Positions 1 through 12,625 of a stretch of DNA of 64,000 bases are shown here, one piece after another. Origin of the DNA: Eremomyces bilateralis CBS 781.70 (taxonomy: Eukaryota); assembly GCA_010015585.1 (NCBI GenBank), contig ML975153.1. The stretch is one strand, 5' to 3'. The first letter of the stretch is position 1; every line of letters starts with the position of its first letter. The translations under genes and the position numbers were made by a program. The notes beneath the pieces were generated by a model. It did no database searches, was not told where the DNA came from, and saw nothing but the letters and a program-made list of their open reading frames with translations.

Positions 1-1150
1 ACCAGGAGTCGACACATACGGAGCCGACTCCAGACTGCCAAGTTGGGTGTCACTAGATTTGAGAGCAGCCACAAACGCCATCGGCTTAGTCTCCCATTTG
101 CAGGACATGAGAAAATGACGATCTACAAACACCCCAAACCGCATAGGTATGGTCACTCTCTATATGATTGGCATTTTATATTCGGAATTCCTTAAAGACC
201 AGGTTGTTGACCAATCCTTCTCCTGAATCCTCTTCTGATGATTCTCGGTCCGAGTCCCCAGAAAGATGGAAGCACCGCTGACGTTTCATCCTTTCCGACG
301 GTATGTAAATGGCTCCCTGTCTCAATCCCAGAAATCCATTACCCTATTACTTACGGATATTAGTTTGGTTAATTTTTAAGGTTCCCTACTCCCTAGTCAC
401 TCGGCTCACTGCCTAGGATAATTCGGTAGCTTACCCAGTGGAAGGGTGCGCTACTGTACCGTACGCAGTCCTCCCGCGGCTCCACCTAAAGGACGAGCTC
501 GAATAAACTCCAGCGAGTTTGAAATTTGAATGCTTTAAGGCCTGAGCACCGCAAGTACTCCTTACGGAAGACAGGATTTACTGTCTATGCTCAGGTATGT
601 CAAATCATTTGCGCCATTTTCAGAGAAAGCCTTGGCTTAGTGCAACTGCTCCACGGTGTGTCCAACGACAGTGGCTTCCAATGATATTCGGATAGACGGC
701 TTATCGAACTCCCGGATCCACACTATTGTTTCTCAGACCCGAACATGGCCTGATTATTTGGAACAGTATGGAAACTGTTCACTACAGCCTACGGGATATC
801 AAGTAAGGGATATTGTTACCTGTTAGACAACGGAACTAAGGCAGCTGAACTACTCCGCACTTCGGCTCGACTAGAGCTAGCTTCCTGTGGTTGAGTGAGC
901 CTCCTCCAGTATTTCGCTGACTTCCCGTTTCTTGGGTACATTCTCTCTCTATATAAGAAGCCTTTCTTGCAGCTTGTTTTACTGCTATTCATTTGTATTC
1001 TTATATAGTCCATGTTCCTGGCGTAAAATTCTTGATTTCCTTCTTGTATCGTCCACCGATTTCCTAAGTCCCCTTTCCGCTTCGGTGAATATCTCAGTTT
1101 TCAGTCGCACAAATCTAGGGATACTAGTCTTGTACAATATACCTGCAATC

Positions 1151-1599
1151 ATGCGCTTCTTCCCAAGTCTTGCAATAGCTGCCCTTGTCGGCACCTCATT
1201 CGCGGCGACGCCACAATGCCCTGGCGGAACCGGCGGCGGCTATACACTGTACTGCTGCACAGCGACCCTCGACGGTGGTAATGCCATTGTCAAGAAATTG
1301 GCCGCGGCAGTCAACTATCCTCTGAACGAGGACACCGTGAACTGTATCCTGCGTAAGGGGTTTCGACACATCCCTAAGACGAGCACACTGCTGACCGAAT
1401 CATCAGCGAGCCCTGGATTGCTCGACCTCTTCGCACCCACTCCGCCGGAAGAATGTCGCGGTGGACTCCAGTGCTGCAAAGTACCGGTCATAGAACTCGT
1501 AAGTTTTTCGTAGTGACGAGGCTCATGGGTTCCGAATGCTTATACTTATCGTAGCCTACGATCGCTGCTTTGTACTGCCAACCCCCAGTGTGGGTTTAG
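1151..1599 (+). CDS. Hydrophobin (class I-like), secreted; 3 exons (1151-1352, 1407-1498, 1555-1599)
   Basis: Signal peptide MRFFPSLAIAALVGTSFA. Removing GT-AG introns 1353-1406 and 1499-1554 gives the 8-Cys pattern C-X11-CC-X28-C-X18-C-X5-CC-X14-C. Confidence 0.8.
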
Positions 1600-2139
1600 T
1601 TCGTACTGAAACAGGAATCAGTGCTCCCGTTTCGGAGCCTCGATCTCTTTAGAACCCAAAGGAAATGTGGTGGTGGCAAGGCACGATCCTTGAACTGCGC
1701 GCTTTCCGGGGGATAACGCTAGAGGGAAGCTGTTCTACGACCTCGTTCTACTGTATCGGCGTCATTCGTTTGTTAGATACAGCTGGAGGAAATGGATACG
1801 ACAAGGGATGCGCTGGGCCTTGATCTCTCCCGTTGATATACCGATGTACCCTGGGGTCAAAGATGTCGCCAAGTCAGATCGAGTTTGGTGTGAAGTCTTG
1901 CTGAACGATCCTGCTTTTCATGAACACCATACCATGCATGATGTTGCTAACGAACCGAGTTCCGCATTGGTTTGGAAACGATGTACTCGGTGGAGTGGCC
2001 AACACGCCATTTGTTGATTTGGCGAATATACATTGTATTGCTAGAGTCATCTCGATATCGGCGTCATATTTTCATTGACAAATTTCCATAATCCTAACGT
2101 GCCTTCCTTCGTCACGATTGAAGTGGAAAGTATAAGTAT

Positions 2140-2365
2140 AGCGTCTCAAAATTCGCCGTGATCCCCTGAGCTCGCGATCATCGAGGACTGTCGGCAACCT
2201 ACCAAACAATACGTCAGGAAATTCCGCCACTGTAATCCTGACGAGACACGCGAACTAGCTCTTGAGGGCTGGGAACAGATTAATCAGGAATGGATCAATA
2301 AACGAGTCCTGTCTATACCTGATCGGTTGCGAAAAGTAATCGAGGCGGAGGGACAGCTGATTTGC
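2140..2365 (+). mobile_element. Tc1/mariner (DDE_3-type) transposase C-terminal relic
   Basis: Translates NSP*SPELAIIEDC...EGWEQINQEWINKRVLSIPDRLRKVIEAEG, resembling the Tc1 SPDLNPIE...W..I.......SMP.RL..VI...G end. Contains an in-frame stop. Confidence 0.65.
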
Positions 2366-2499
2366 TTTGGCGGCGGAATAGCAGGTTAACAGCCGCATCT
2401 CTTTCTGTATATAACTATTTATAAGTGTCAATAACCTCGCTTTTTAATTTGACGTGATTTGAACGCGTAGTTGTTGAGATATCCTACTTTGTATGCGAA

Positions 2500-2976
2500 T
2501 ATGTATGTTGTGGCAGCGCCCAGCCAATATGAGTCCAGCTAATATTGTCCACCACGTGCTTGGCTAGCTTTCCCTTCTCTTCCTCTCTTCTCTAGCTTTG
2601 TAATAAATGGAAGTGGTACGGAATACTTGCAGGCCTTGCAGTCAAACCGTCTCAGGAGCTAGGCGTGAAATAGAATCGCGATACGTTCCGTGCGCCCACT
2701 ATAGGGGTAGCTAGGTGAGTTCTGAGAACGCGTCGCGGTCTAGAGGACCATACTATAGTTAAAGTAAGTAGTAACTAACGTAATCCACCAGTGCGCTAAC
2801 TAGTAGTATCGTAGATTCGTAGTAGTAGATCCGTTACACTCGTTGCGATGATCCTTCGTATTGAGAATGAGTATACATTAATTATAAGGATTCCTGGCCC
2901 TCTCAGAACTTCCCTGGGGTATCGTCCTAGATGTCCTACTCCTTATATCCCTGTGGATTCATGTCTTATAAGAACA
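2500..2976. mobile_element. Possible degenerate solo-LTR/TE relics
   Basis: TpA-rich non-coding tract with LTR-like ends (TGTTG ~2506, GTTACA ~2838, AGAACA ~2975) next to the Tc1 relic. No paired LTR seen. Confidence 0.25.
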
Positions 2977-3098
2977 GTCCACCTTACACGTTTCAAGAAT
3001 CCAAAACGAACTTCCTCTTCTGGATGTACCCCTTAAACGTAGCGACCAAGCGAAAATTGAAAACATAGCCCCCCCATATGCGCCAGTTTTAGCCTCCG

Positions 3099-4367
3099 TC
3101 ATACATCTTGTGGTGTTGATCGTCGTTCTGCTGTGACCGTCGCGTATGCAAAGGGTACGTCGTCATCGCTGGATTGGCTGTGGAGGATCGTAACTTTCCG
3201 GTCGACCTGTATCTGTTTTGAGGACCGCAAGGTTTGCATGTTGTAGGTCAGGCTGCCATCATGAACACCACTACGAGTTCCATGGAAATATTCAGACTGT
3301 CCTTTCGTAGCGGAGCGGGTGATGCTGCCACCCAAGGCACGGTAGGCTTTTTCCATCAATGACTTCAAGCACGGAATGCAGGCTGCGATGATGCCGACGA
3401 ACATTTCCGCAAATCTGCGTCACAGGTTAGTTCCATGAATCGAGAGATGAAGGCGGCAAGGCACCATACGCCCAAATGCTGAGATCAGCGCTATCGAATG
3501 TCGGATCATGGGAATTCAGGACTAGTCGGAGCATGGCGAGCTTGACAACACCGCATACGCCTGCAATCAAGCCCAGTCCCAGAAGGAGAGCCAGGACAAC
3601 TTTTTCGCGCAGTGGTCGATTGATCTTCCAGATAAATGCAAGGGGAAGAAGCGCGCATATAAAGTCGGTCAAGACGAAGAGAGCTATAATAATCAGTATA
3701 AAGGTCTTGAGGGGTGACTGGGGTCGCTGACAGGAGACGCCGTAGTTTACGTGAAGTACTCTTTCCGGAGTCCAGCAATTCGTTTGTTGGAGCATTGGAT
3801 TCCAGTTCGCCGATATTGGATTGCATTGAACTAGTTGAGTCACCATAATCGCAATCGTGGTTAAGGTTATAAGAATGATCAAGCCTCCAACTCCCCATTT
3901 CCACTTGGGCGTCTGCTTGATCCGAAGTAGCATGAAGAGAATGGATATTTTTACCATTGCAACTGTCCAAACCCAAAGAGGAGAAATCATGAAAGAGAGC
4001 TTAAGAATCATCATAATCTCCTTCAATTCTAACTGTGATACATGCAGCCCATCTAACAGCGTGTACAGTCTGAGGAGGATCCCGTACCCGGCAGTGGCAA
4101 GCGCCTTAATCACATTAGTACTCGGTCGTCGCAATCCAGTTTGTACGGTAGGCTTACCATTGCAATTGAGATTGTAAAATCATCGAGTCCAAGTTTTTGG
4201 TACGACCGCCATCGCGCGTATATTCGGGTGGAATAGACAGTCAGGGCCAAGGCCAACATCGTAGTGGTTGATGCTACGACTTTTGGCCCAATCAACGTCG
4301 GTCGGGACTCATTGGAATGTGTATCCCCTGGAGGTGGTGCGCCTGATCCTTCAAAAAGTACTGACAT
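3099..4367 (-). CDS. PTH11-like / rhodopsin-domain multi-pass membrane protein (no CFEM), multi-exon
   Basis: Segments TRIYARW..LGLDDFTI, VKISILFMLLRI, LVQCNPISANWN, TDFICALLPL.FIWKIN, EMFVGIIAACIPCLK, joined by GT-AG introns (e.g. 4157-4105). Confidence 0.85.
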
Positions 4368-4598
4368 TGTCACGATCGCAAGTCATCGATTTAAGTAAAT
4401 CGAAGCAACTCGATCCAGCAGGCTCGCACTGGTCCCCAACCAGGCAAATGATCAAAGGAAACCGGAAGTACCTTTCCGTAAGGGTTATCAGGGTAGAGAC
4501 CACAGTATATACATCGGCCGTGGGCCTTGAAACCGGGTGGTCCTGCAAACCCTAATTCCGTGCAGTCAGGATCCCAAAGCGGCGTAGCCGAACCCTAT

Positions 4599-4675
4599 TG
4601 CGCCATGATTATGCAGTCTGGGGCACAGAGATGCGCCATGATTAGAGTATGCAGTCTGGGGCACAGAGATGCGCC
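4599..4675 (+). repeat. Tandem duplication of a 33-bp unit; second copy carries a 5-bp insertion
   Basis: tgcgccatgatTAtgcagtctggggcacagaga followed by tgcgccatgatTAGAGTAtgcagtctggggcacagaga, then tgcgcc. Confidence 0.9.
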
Positions 4676-5341
4676 GAGACACTATTGGCAGTGGCTGGTT
4701 AAAAAACTTTAAAAATTCTGTTAGTTATCCGGTGCTGAGAGATCTAGATTTCCTGAACTGCCCTTAGCGATCCGATGTGGAGATGATTCGAGATCGAATT
4801 GAGGCATCGCGCAAAGCTATCGGATTGTGAAGACCTTTCAAACCAGCAACAAGATGCCGATGATTAACAATGGCAACATGGATTATGCTGTACAGACAGC
4901 GAGGAAGAGATCTACCATACAACATTGCTTGGGACGCCTTCCCAGTTCCCACCTTCCCCAGCTGACTCCGGAATCCGGATTGTTGATGGGATGTCAAGTT
5001 CTGGGGATGTGTAAAGTGGGAAAACTGAGGACTTTACCGTAAAATAGCCTTAGATTTCTGGAAAAGTTTTTTTTATCTTACATGACGGTATAATACGCTA
5101 GGCTTGAATAGGTTAGTGTGCCTTCCAAAAAGATAATAAACTAGCTATTCATAGCTAGCTTTCAAAAAAGTTCAGAAAGTTCAGAAATTACAATCTAAAA
5201 GAAGCAATCACATACTAAATTAGGCTTCGTTTGGTAAAGTGGGTCGGTAAAGTGGGTCGGTAAAGTGATAATCTATAATACCGCCAAGACCCGTAATTAC
5301 GGGCGATCTATCTTTCATACATCTTACATTACACATCCCTA

Positions 5342-5371
5342 GGATGATGGACATCATGATGTCCATCATCC
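5342..5371. repeat. Perfect 30-bp palindrome
   Basis: ggatgatggacatca|tgatgtccatcatcc is self-complementary. A 14-bp palindrome cccgtaattacggg lies at 5290-5303. Confidence 0.9.
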
Positions 5372-5861
5372 ACGTGGAAATTATGGAATTCAGCACTCGG
5401 TTTCCGATTCAACCGAAGGAAAGTGGGTATCATTCCCTGTCGTACATCGTACCCCGTACTAAGTGCGGAATACACACCCCACAAGGACTTATTCTTGCGC
5501 CCAGGGACTTCCCAAGTCCCAATTCATCCCAAGACCCAAGTATACGTAAACCTAGCCTCATGCGCACTTCCAAGTTCAGCTAATTACTGACTCAAGGGGT
5601 TGTCCCAAGGCCATTCATGTTACAAAGTATGTATGTACGTACAGTCAAATCTCGATGGCGCGATCAATTTATCGGTGACGCCGGCATCAGCGATACTCAC
5701 GCAGTTTCAAAGCAAGGATGCGTATCCATACATGTTAATACGAAGAATAGGCAATGCGGCGCGAAGGCGGCATCAATTCCCGGATCGATACGGTAGACGC
5801 GTACGGTGTTTGGCCATTTGGAAAAAAGGTCTGCAGGCTGGCTCATACAGATAACAGACTA

Positions 5862-8106
5862 CTCACGCCACGCGCCCAACATATCCCCTCATATATTGGG
5901 CGCTGGACACCCCAAAATGAACCAAGTGATAAGATTTCTATTTGGCGTCCAAAATGGATTAATATACAAATTTGGCAGTAGATCTTTGCAAAACCATCCA
6001 ATCTAGTATTCTCCCGATTGGATTAATTTCTAATCGCGTTGGGCGGGTTGAATCTCACTTTTTAAGACCTCCCACTACGAGGTCGAAAATGCATCATGAA
6101 TTAGAAACTCCTCTCATCCACCGAATTCACGCGTTATCGCCACGATTACGATATAGATGCAGAGGTGGTTAGTCTCACGATCCTTACGAGCTTTTTTTGC
6201 GTGCTTCCCTCGCCTTTTCCGCCTCTTTCCGGGCAGTTTCCTTCCTCTTTGCCTCCTTGAGTGTTGTCTTAGAGTATCTATTCTCTCCTGCTCACGGTTA
6301 TCCACGATTGCCCTGCATTGGTCGACCGTAATCATCCCCCCTGAGAAGACCCGTCATTTGTTACCCGCTCTAGCATTAAGTGATCTCATCTTCTTTGCGA
6401 GATCTGAGTCGTAGGGATCCTGCATCGCCTTCTTTGCTTCAAGGGACTGAGTCTGGGCACCTCTACACAGCTGATCAATACTCTCGTCCCCTTGGATGAA
6501 ACTGCCTAATCGCCGTGTAGCTCGCACGGTGGTGGGAGTCTTCAGGCCAGGAGAGGCATCCTGACCCTCCTGTATACTCTGCTCAGGAGGAGGGGTCAAC
6601 GGTCTCTGTTCAGCCTCTCTTGGTGGTAGGCGGATCTTCTTGAGCACCATCTCAGGATCCCAGGGATGTATTCCAGCCTTCCGGAAACCGCTGCGGATCG
6701 TGCCCTCGGTAAGGGCCTGCTGCCTCACTTCTCCTATCCCATCCAGAAACTCCAGCTTAGTGTATGCGGTGATACCCTGGCGGACCGCATACTCATACCG
6801 CTTCCCTGGTAATGCTTCATCGGTTGGAAACAGGTAAGGTCGAGAGGCTGAATAATGTGCGTCATATGAGGGGGAAAGGCAATTGGGTAGATATCGTGCT
6901 CCCAGCAAAAGTCTACGAAAAGGTTCGTCTGGTGAGATCCATGCCCATCAAGGAAAAGGATCCTCTTTTGCCCTCTCCTACCCCGTCGGTCTGGTATGGC
7001 TCTCAAAGTGATGTATCCAATCGAGTGCGAATAGATCGTTACTAAACGCCTTCTCCGTAGCACGAAGAAGTATATCCTTATTGATATTCATCCCATCTTG
7101 GACCCATCCTTGAAGGATACATTTACCCTTCATGATAAGAGCGGCAGGAATCTTATGCCCCTTCGCATTCACGGCCTCTACGACTGTAGCCGCTTCACGG
7201 TTCTCTGGGACCGCCATTCGGCTATAGTTTTCGTTGGAGACTACGCGAACAAGCACGATTAAGGAGGGGTTGCCTACCCCGATCATAAACCCAGATTCAT
7301 CCATATTCCAGATATTCTTAGACTCGATATTCTGGTCGTTAATGATAAATTCGACGCTCTCGAACCAGCTCTAGATAGACTCGTAATCCTCTGCCTCTCG
7401 TCACTTTAGATCTCGCGTCCTCTGCTTCATGGTCTTGATCCCAGGGTGTCGTTTAAGATACCGCGCAACCCAATGCTGACCTAGAGGGGGAGCGATATAC
7501 CCCGGCGGTCCACCGTTATATTGATCTAGTGCGAACTCCGCAGCTGCTTTGAGCTGCGCTTTCGTTGGCGGTAGACGGAGTACACCTAACCGTCGTGTAT
7601 ATTGAGCGAGATATTGCTCTGCAGGAGGAGGCAGGCGAAAACAACCATCTCCGGGCCGCCTAGAGCGGGACCCGGTGCCATTGAGGCGGGTGAGGATACG
7701 ACGGTATAGGGATTGGGCACCAAAATGCCGCGCCGCAGCCGCTGAATTAGGCTGTTCGCCTTTACGGACCGATTGAGCAGCCAATTCCACGCGTTTCTCC
7801 TCGAGTAAATATTTAGACATGATGGGTGGTGGTGAGTATTAGGTAGGGCAAAACGGTGATAGAGATTGGTGGTCTTGACTGACGAACTTGAGCAGAGTAG
7901 AACACAACGACCCAATGTCGGAAGAATATCAGGAAAAAGACTAATTCCTTCAGAATTGATGGATCTGTTAATTTACTATTAAATTTGTATGGGAACTACA
8001 ACGGGAGGCGAACTAACGCGAAACGTCGCGTTGGAGATCATTTCTATGTTGGTTGGGGTGTCCAGCGCCCAATATATGAGCGGATATGTTGGGCGCGTGG
8101 CGTGAG
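5862..8106 (-). mobile_element. Full-length Fot1/pogo-type DNA transposon (2245 bp) with 54-bp TIRs and TA target-site duplication
   Basis: TIR ctcacgccacgcgcccaacatatcc(c/g)ctcatatattgggcgctggacaccccaa at 5862-5915 and inverted at 8053-8106 (53/54 match). TA at 5860-61 and 8107-08. Confidence 0.95.
6114..7820 (-). pseudogene. Inactivated pogo/Fot1 DDE_1 transposase (HTH + CENP-B-like + DDD)
   Basis: Motifs NIWNMDESGFMIG, ENRE..TVVEAVNA.G, LFLDGHGSH, PPHMTHIIQPLD, SGFRKAGIHPWDP. Stops at ~7401, ~7371 and ~6354; frameshifts near 6980 and 6810. Confidence 0.9.
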
Positions 8107-8514
8107 TAGATGCAAAGGGTGTCGATTCAAAGATACCTGATGCACATTGGGATCAGAGCGGTGAGAATTTCATTATTGCGAAAACTAAAGAAGAAGCAAG
8201 AGAGAGATATTCATACACCTGTCCGGCCTCTCAGCGAGGCCCATGTCACCATGTGTGATGTGGGCGCCCTGCAATTGACGTCATTCTCGTCATATGCGAG
8301 GTCCTTTACAAGAAGCCAAAGGTTAGGAATTAGGTTAGGAATTAGGATTGATTTGTAGATTCAATCACTGAAATTCTCCCCAGTTACATACTATCTAACA
8401 AATTTCACTGTCAAGAGAATCAATCTTTACCAGCAGCATCGTGATCGAACCCGATTACCGAATACGGAGGTCCCTTACTGTCTTGTGGGTCCCATCTTCA
8501 GGAACCATCTTGAA

Positions 8515-9355
8515 ATGGACTTTGTTACTGGCGTCATTCGGAATAGACTTGAGGGCGTAGTTGCGTCTGGAATCACTGCCGCTGGTGAGATCGCGGGAGA
8601 CTCCGTATCAGGATTTGGGAATGTGATCGAGAATGGAGGACGATCAGTGGGCGACGGTGAGCCTTAACTAAACGCCTAGCCTGCTCGAAATAAACAAACT
8701 AACTTCCTAAGGTGTGGCCAGGACTTTTGATGGCTGGGGCGGGAGTATCCGAAACTATGGCAGCAGAGCGACAAGTTCAACACCTGCTAGACAGACGTCA
8801 TCCAAGGTCATTGCAGTGAAGAAGCAAGCCAACAACAGAACGGCCACAACTTCATCACAGGAGAAATTGCTTCCGAGTTCCGCTTCGAAAGCACTTCCGG
8901 CTACGAAGCCTTTGAAGACACTGCCTCCGCCAGAGAGCGTAAAGGCTCCCGCAGCCGCGCCTAGAAAGCCGCCAGCGAACAAGAACACGGCACCCTCGAA
9001 TATAAAGAAACCAGTGGTCGGCAATAGGGTAAGAAAGGGCCAGGCACCGGAAAATGCAGGAAACGGCCCGAAAGCACAAGCAGCGCCAAATTCCGCGGCG
9101 CAGCCGCGACCGAACAGCCAGCCCAAAGGGGTCAATCAACTAAACGCTCCATCGAAGAAGATCACAATCTCGCCCGCGTCGCGACCGAAACCAAAGGGGC
9201 CAGTGAAGCCACTCGCTTCGAAACAAAGCCATGTTCACATTGGCGGAGTGAGTGCTAAGTCTGCCGAAAAGAAACGACAGGATGCACCTGAGTCAAAGCC
9301 GCAGGGCAAACCAAACGAACAAAGGCTCAAGTCCATTGACCGGACATTCTTTTGA
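8515..9355 (+). CDS. Hypothetical protein with Lys/Pro/Ala-rich basic tail; exons 8515-8656, 8712-9355
   Basis: ATG 8515 (MDFVTGVIRN...). Intron GTGAGC...CTAAC...AAG at 8657-8711 joins in frame to ORF 8714-9355. Confidence 0.7.
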
Positions 9356-9604
9356 TTGGGGTCGGATGCAGTCCATCAGACCTGTGTGCCCTTCAACCAG
9401 AATAACCATGGGTGGTACCATTCACAATATGCGGTATCAGGTGTCATGAATCTGGCGACGACGTTCGGTACCGGAAAAATTGTTATCTTTCATAATGTCG
9501 TACATAGGCTTCTAACACGATCAACTGTACTATTAGTGAAACGAGATGAGCAGCGTTTCTAGGACAAATCGGACACTTCGTTATTTCCCTTATAATTCAA
9601 CTGC

Positions 9605-11205
<1,601 letters not shown>

Positions 11206-12625
11206 GGTGATAGTCGTGCTGGTCAAGTCGAATATAGGAGATGCGTAGTGAACGAAGAGATATTACGACTGTGGTTCGTATAAAGATGCTTTCGAGTAGA
11301 TCAACCGCCTAGCTAGCGCGAGGAACTGATCTATTTATTTGCACGATGCTTTTAGAATTCGTTCTTTCAGAATAGCGACTTGTTCTGAGACCGCGAGCTT
11401 GGCTTTGAATCCTCAAAATAGCTACCCAGCTCTTTGAATTGCGTGTTCTACTCAGGCGGCGTCAATGTACAACTTGTCTGATGTAAGCCGGCAAGCCCGT
11501 GGTCGTGATTCGGATGCTTAGGTTGGATGAACTATGAAGTAGAAACCGAACAGCATCCGAGACGTGGGAAATCAAGGGATATTCAGCTCCTCAAAAGGCA
11601 CTGGAGCTCCACCAGACCACGCGAGAGGTGTTCCTATTTCGGCGTGATCGGTTCTCTTTAGCGTGAGCACGCCATCTGTAGCACCAAATCTAGAGCCGCC
11701 ATCGAGCCGTTTTTCTCCTCTTTACTGCAGTTTTTACGAAATAGGTTCAAGCGAAGAATGTGTTGGTGGTTTGAGGTTCGGTCGATATGCCAACTACTTT
11801 GTTACAGATATTACTACCAGCCCTGCGGTGCATTCTGATAGTGTGCAACAGTCAGCGGTCAGCTCCAAATACTAGGTCGAATCTCCTATTCGATTTTTTA
11901 ATAATGCACAGGGAGTTTCTCTGGTGTGTCATTTTCGTTCAACAGAAAGTGTGGGGTAATTGGCGGGGGATATTCCTGCGGTGCTCTCGGCTCTTGCAGA
12001 AGCAAAAGCAGTTTTGGTATTCAGCAAACCCTAGAATGGGCAAGGCCACCTGCTGCAGATCAACGAGGTGGTCACGTAATTAGAACTCGTGTTACATGCT
12101 CTACAGGAGTTTACCAAAATATTCCTTGGTCTGGATCGCTTGTAGTTGGGAGTCGGGATGATGAGTACACATGGATTAACTGCCATATACAAGGTGGGAT
12201 GTGGCGTAGATCAGCTAGCGGCAGTCGACGAGGCGGGCGCTGCAGCATGAGGATTGAAGATGGACACGAAGCCAAGTTGATCGTCACACTGTAAAAGGCC
12301 CCGAGACCGGCATGCCGCAAACCGCCACATATATCAACAAACCTTCAGCTTTCGCTTGGCTGGTTGGAGACGGCGGACAGCAGCCCCCTTCGATCCTCGG
12401 GCACTTGGCGGAACACACGACACAAGACTTGGCAAAATGGGGTCAGGACATAGAGCAACGAACAATCAAAACCGCATGCTATGATTCCACTACGTATGGT
12501 GCATATGTAGCTGACACGTGGACGACCACCCAACGCCGGATTCTACCCCACGGGTTTTCCATAGACCGACCAGATGTTTTGAAAAGGATGCTGTACAGGG
12601 CGGGAGGATGGGAACAGTGCCTCGT

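Noticed and set aside
4599..4675. CRISPR-like repeat
   Set aside because: Eukaryotic context, only two adjacent units, no spacers, no cas genes.
8321..8346. ttaggaattagg tandem resembling telomeric repeats
   Set aside because: Only two 12-bp units, not (TTAGGG)n.
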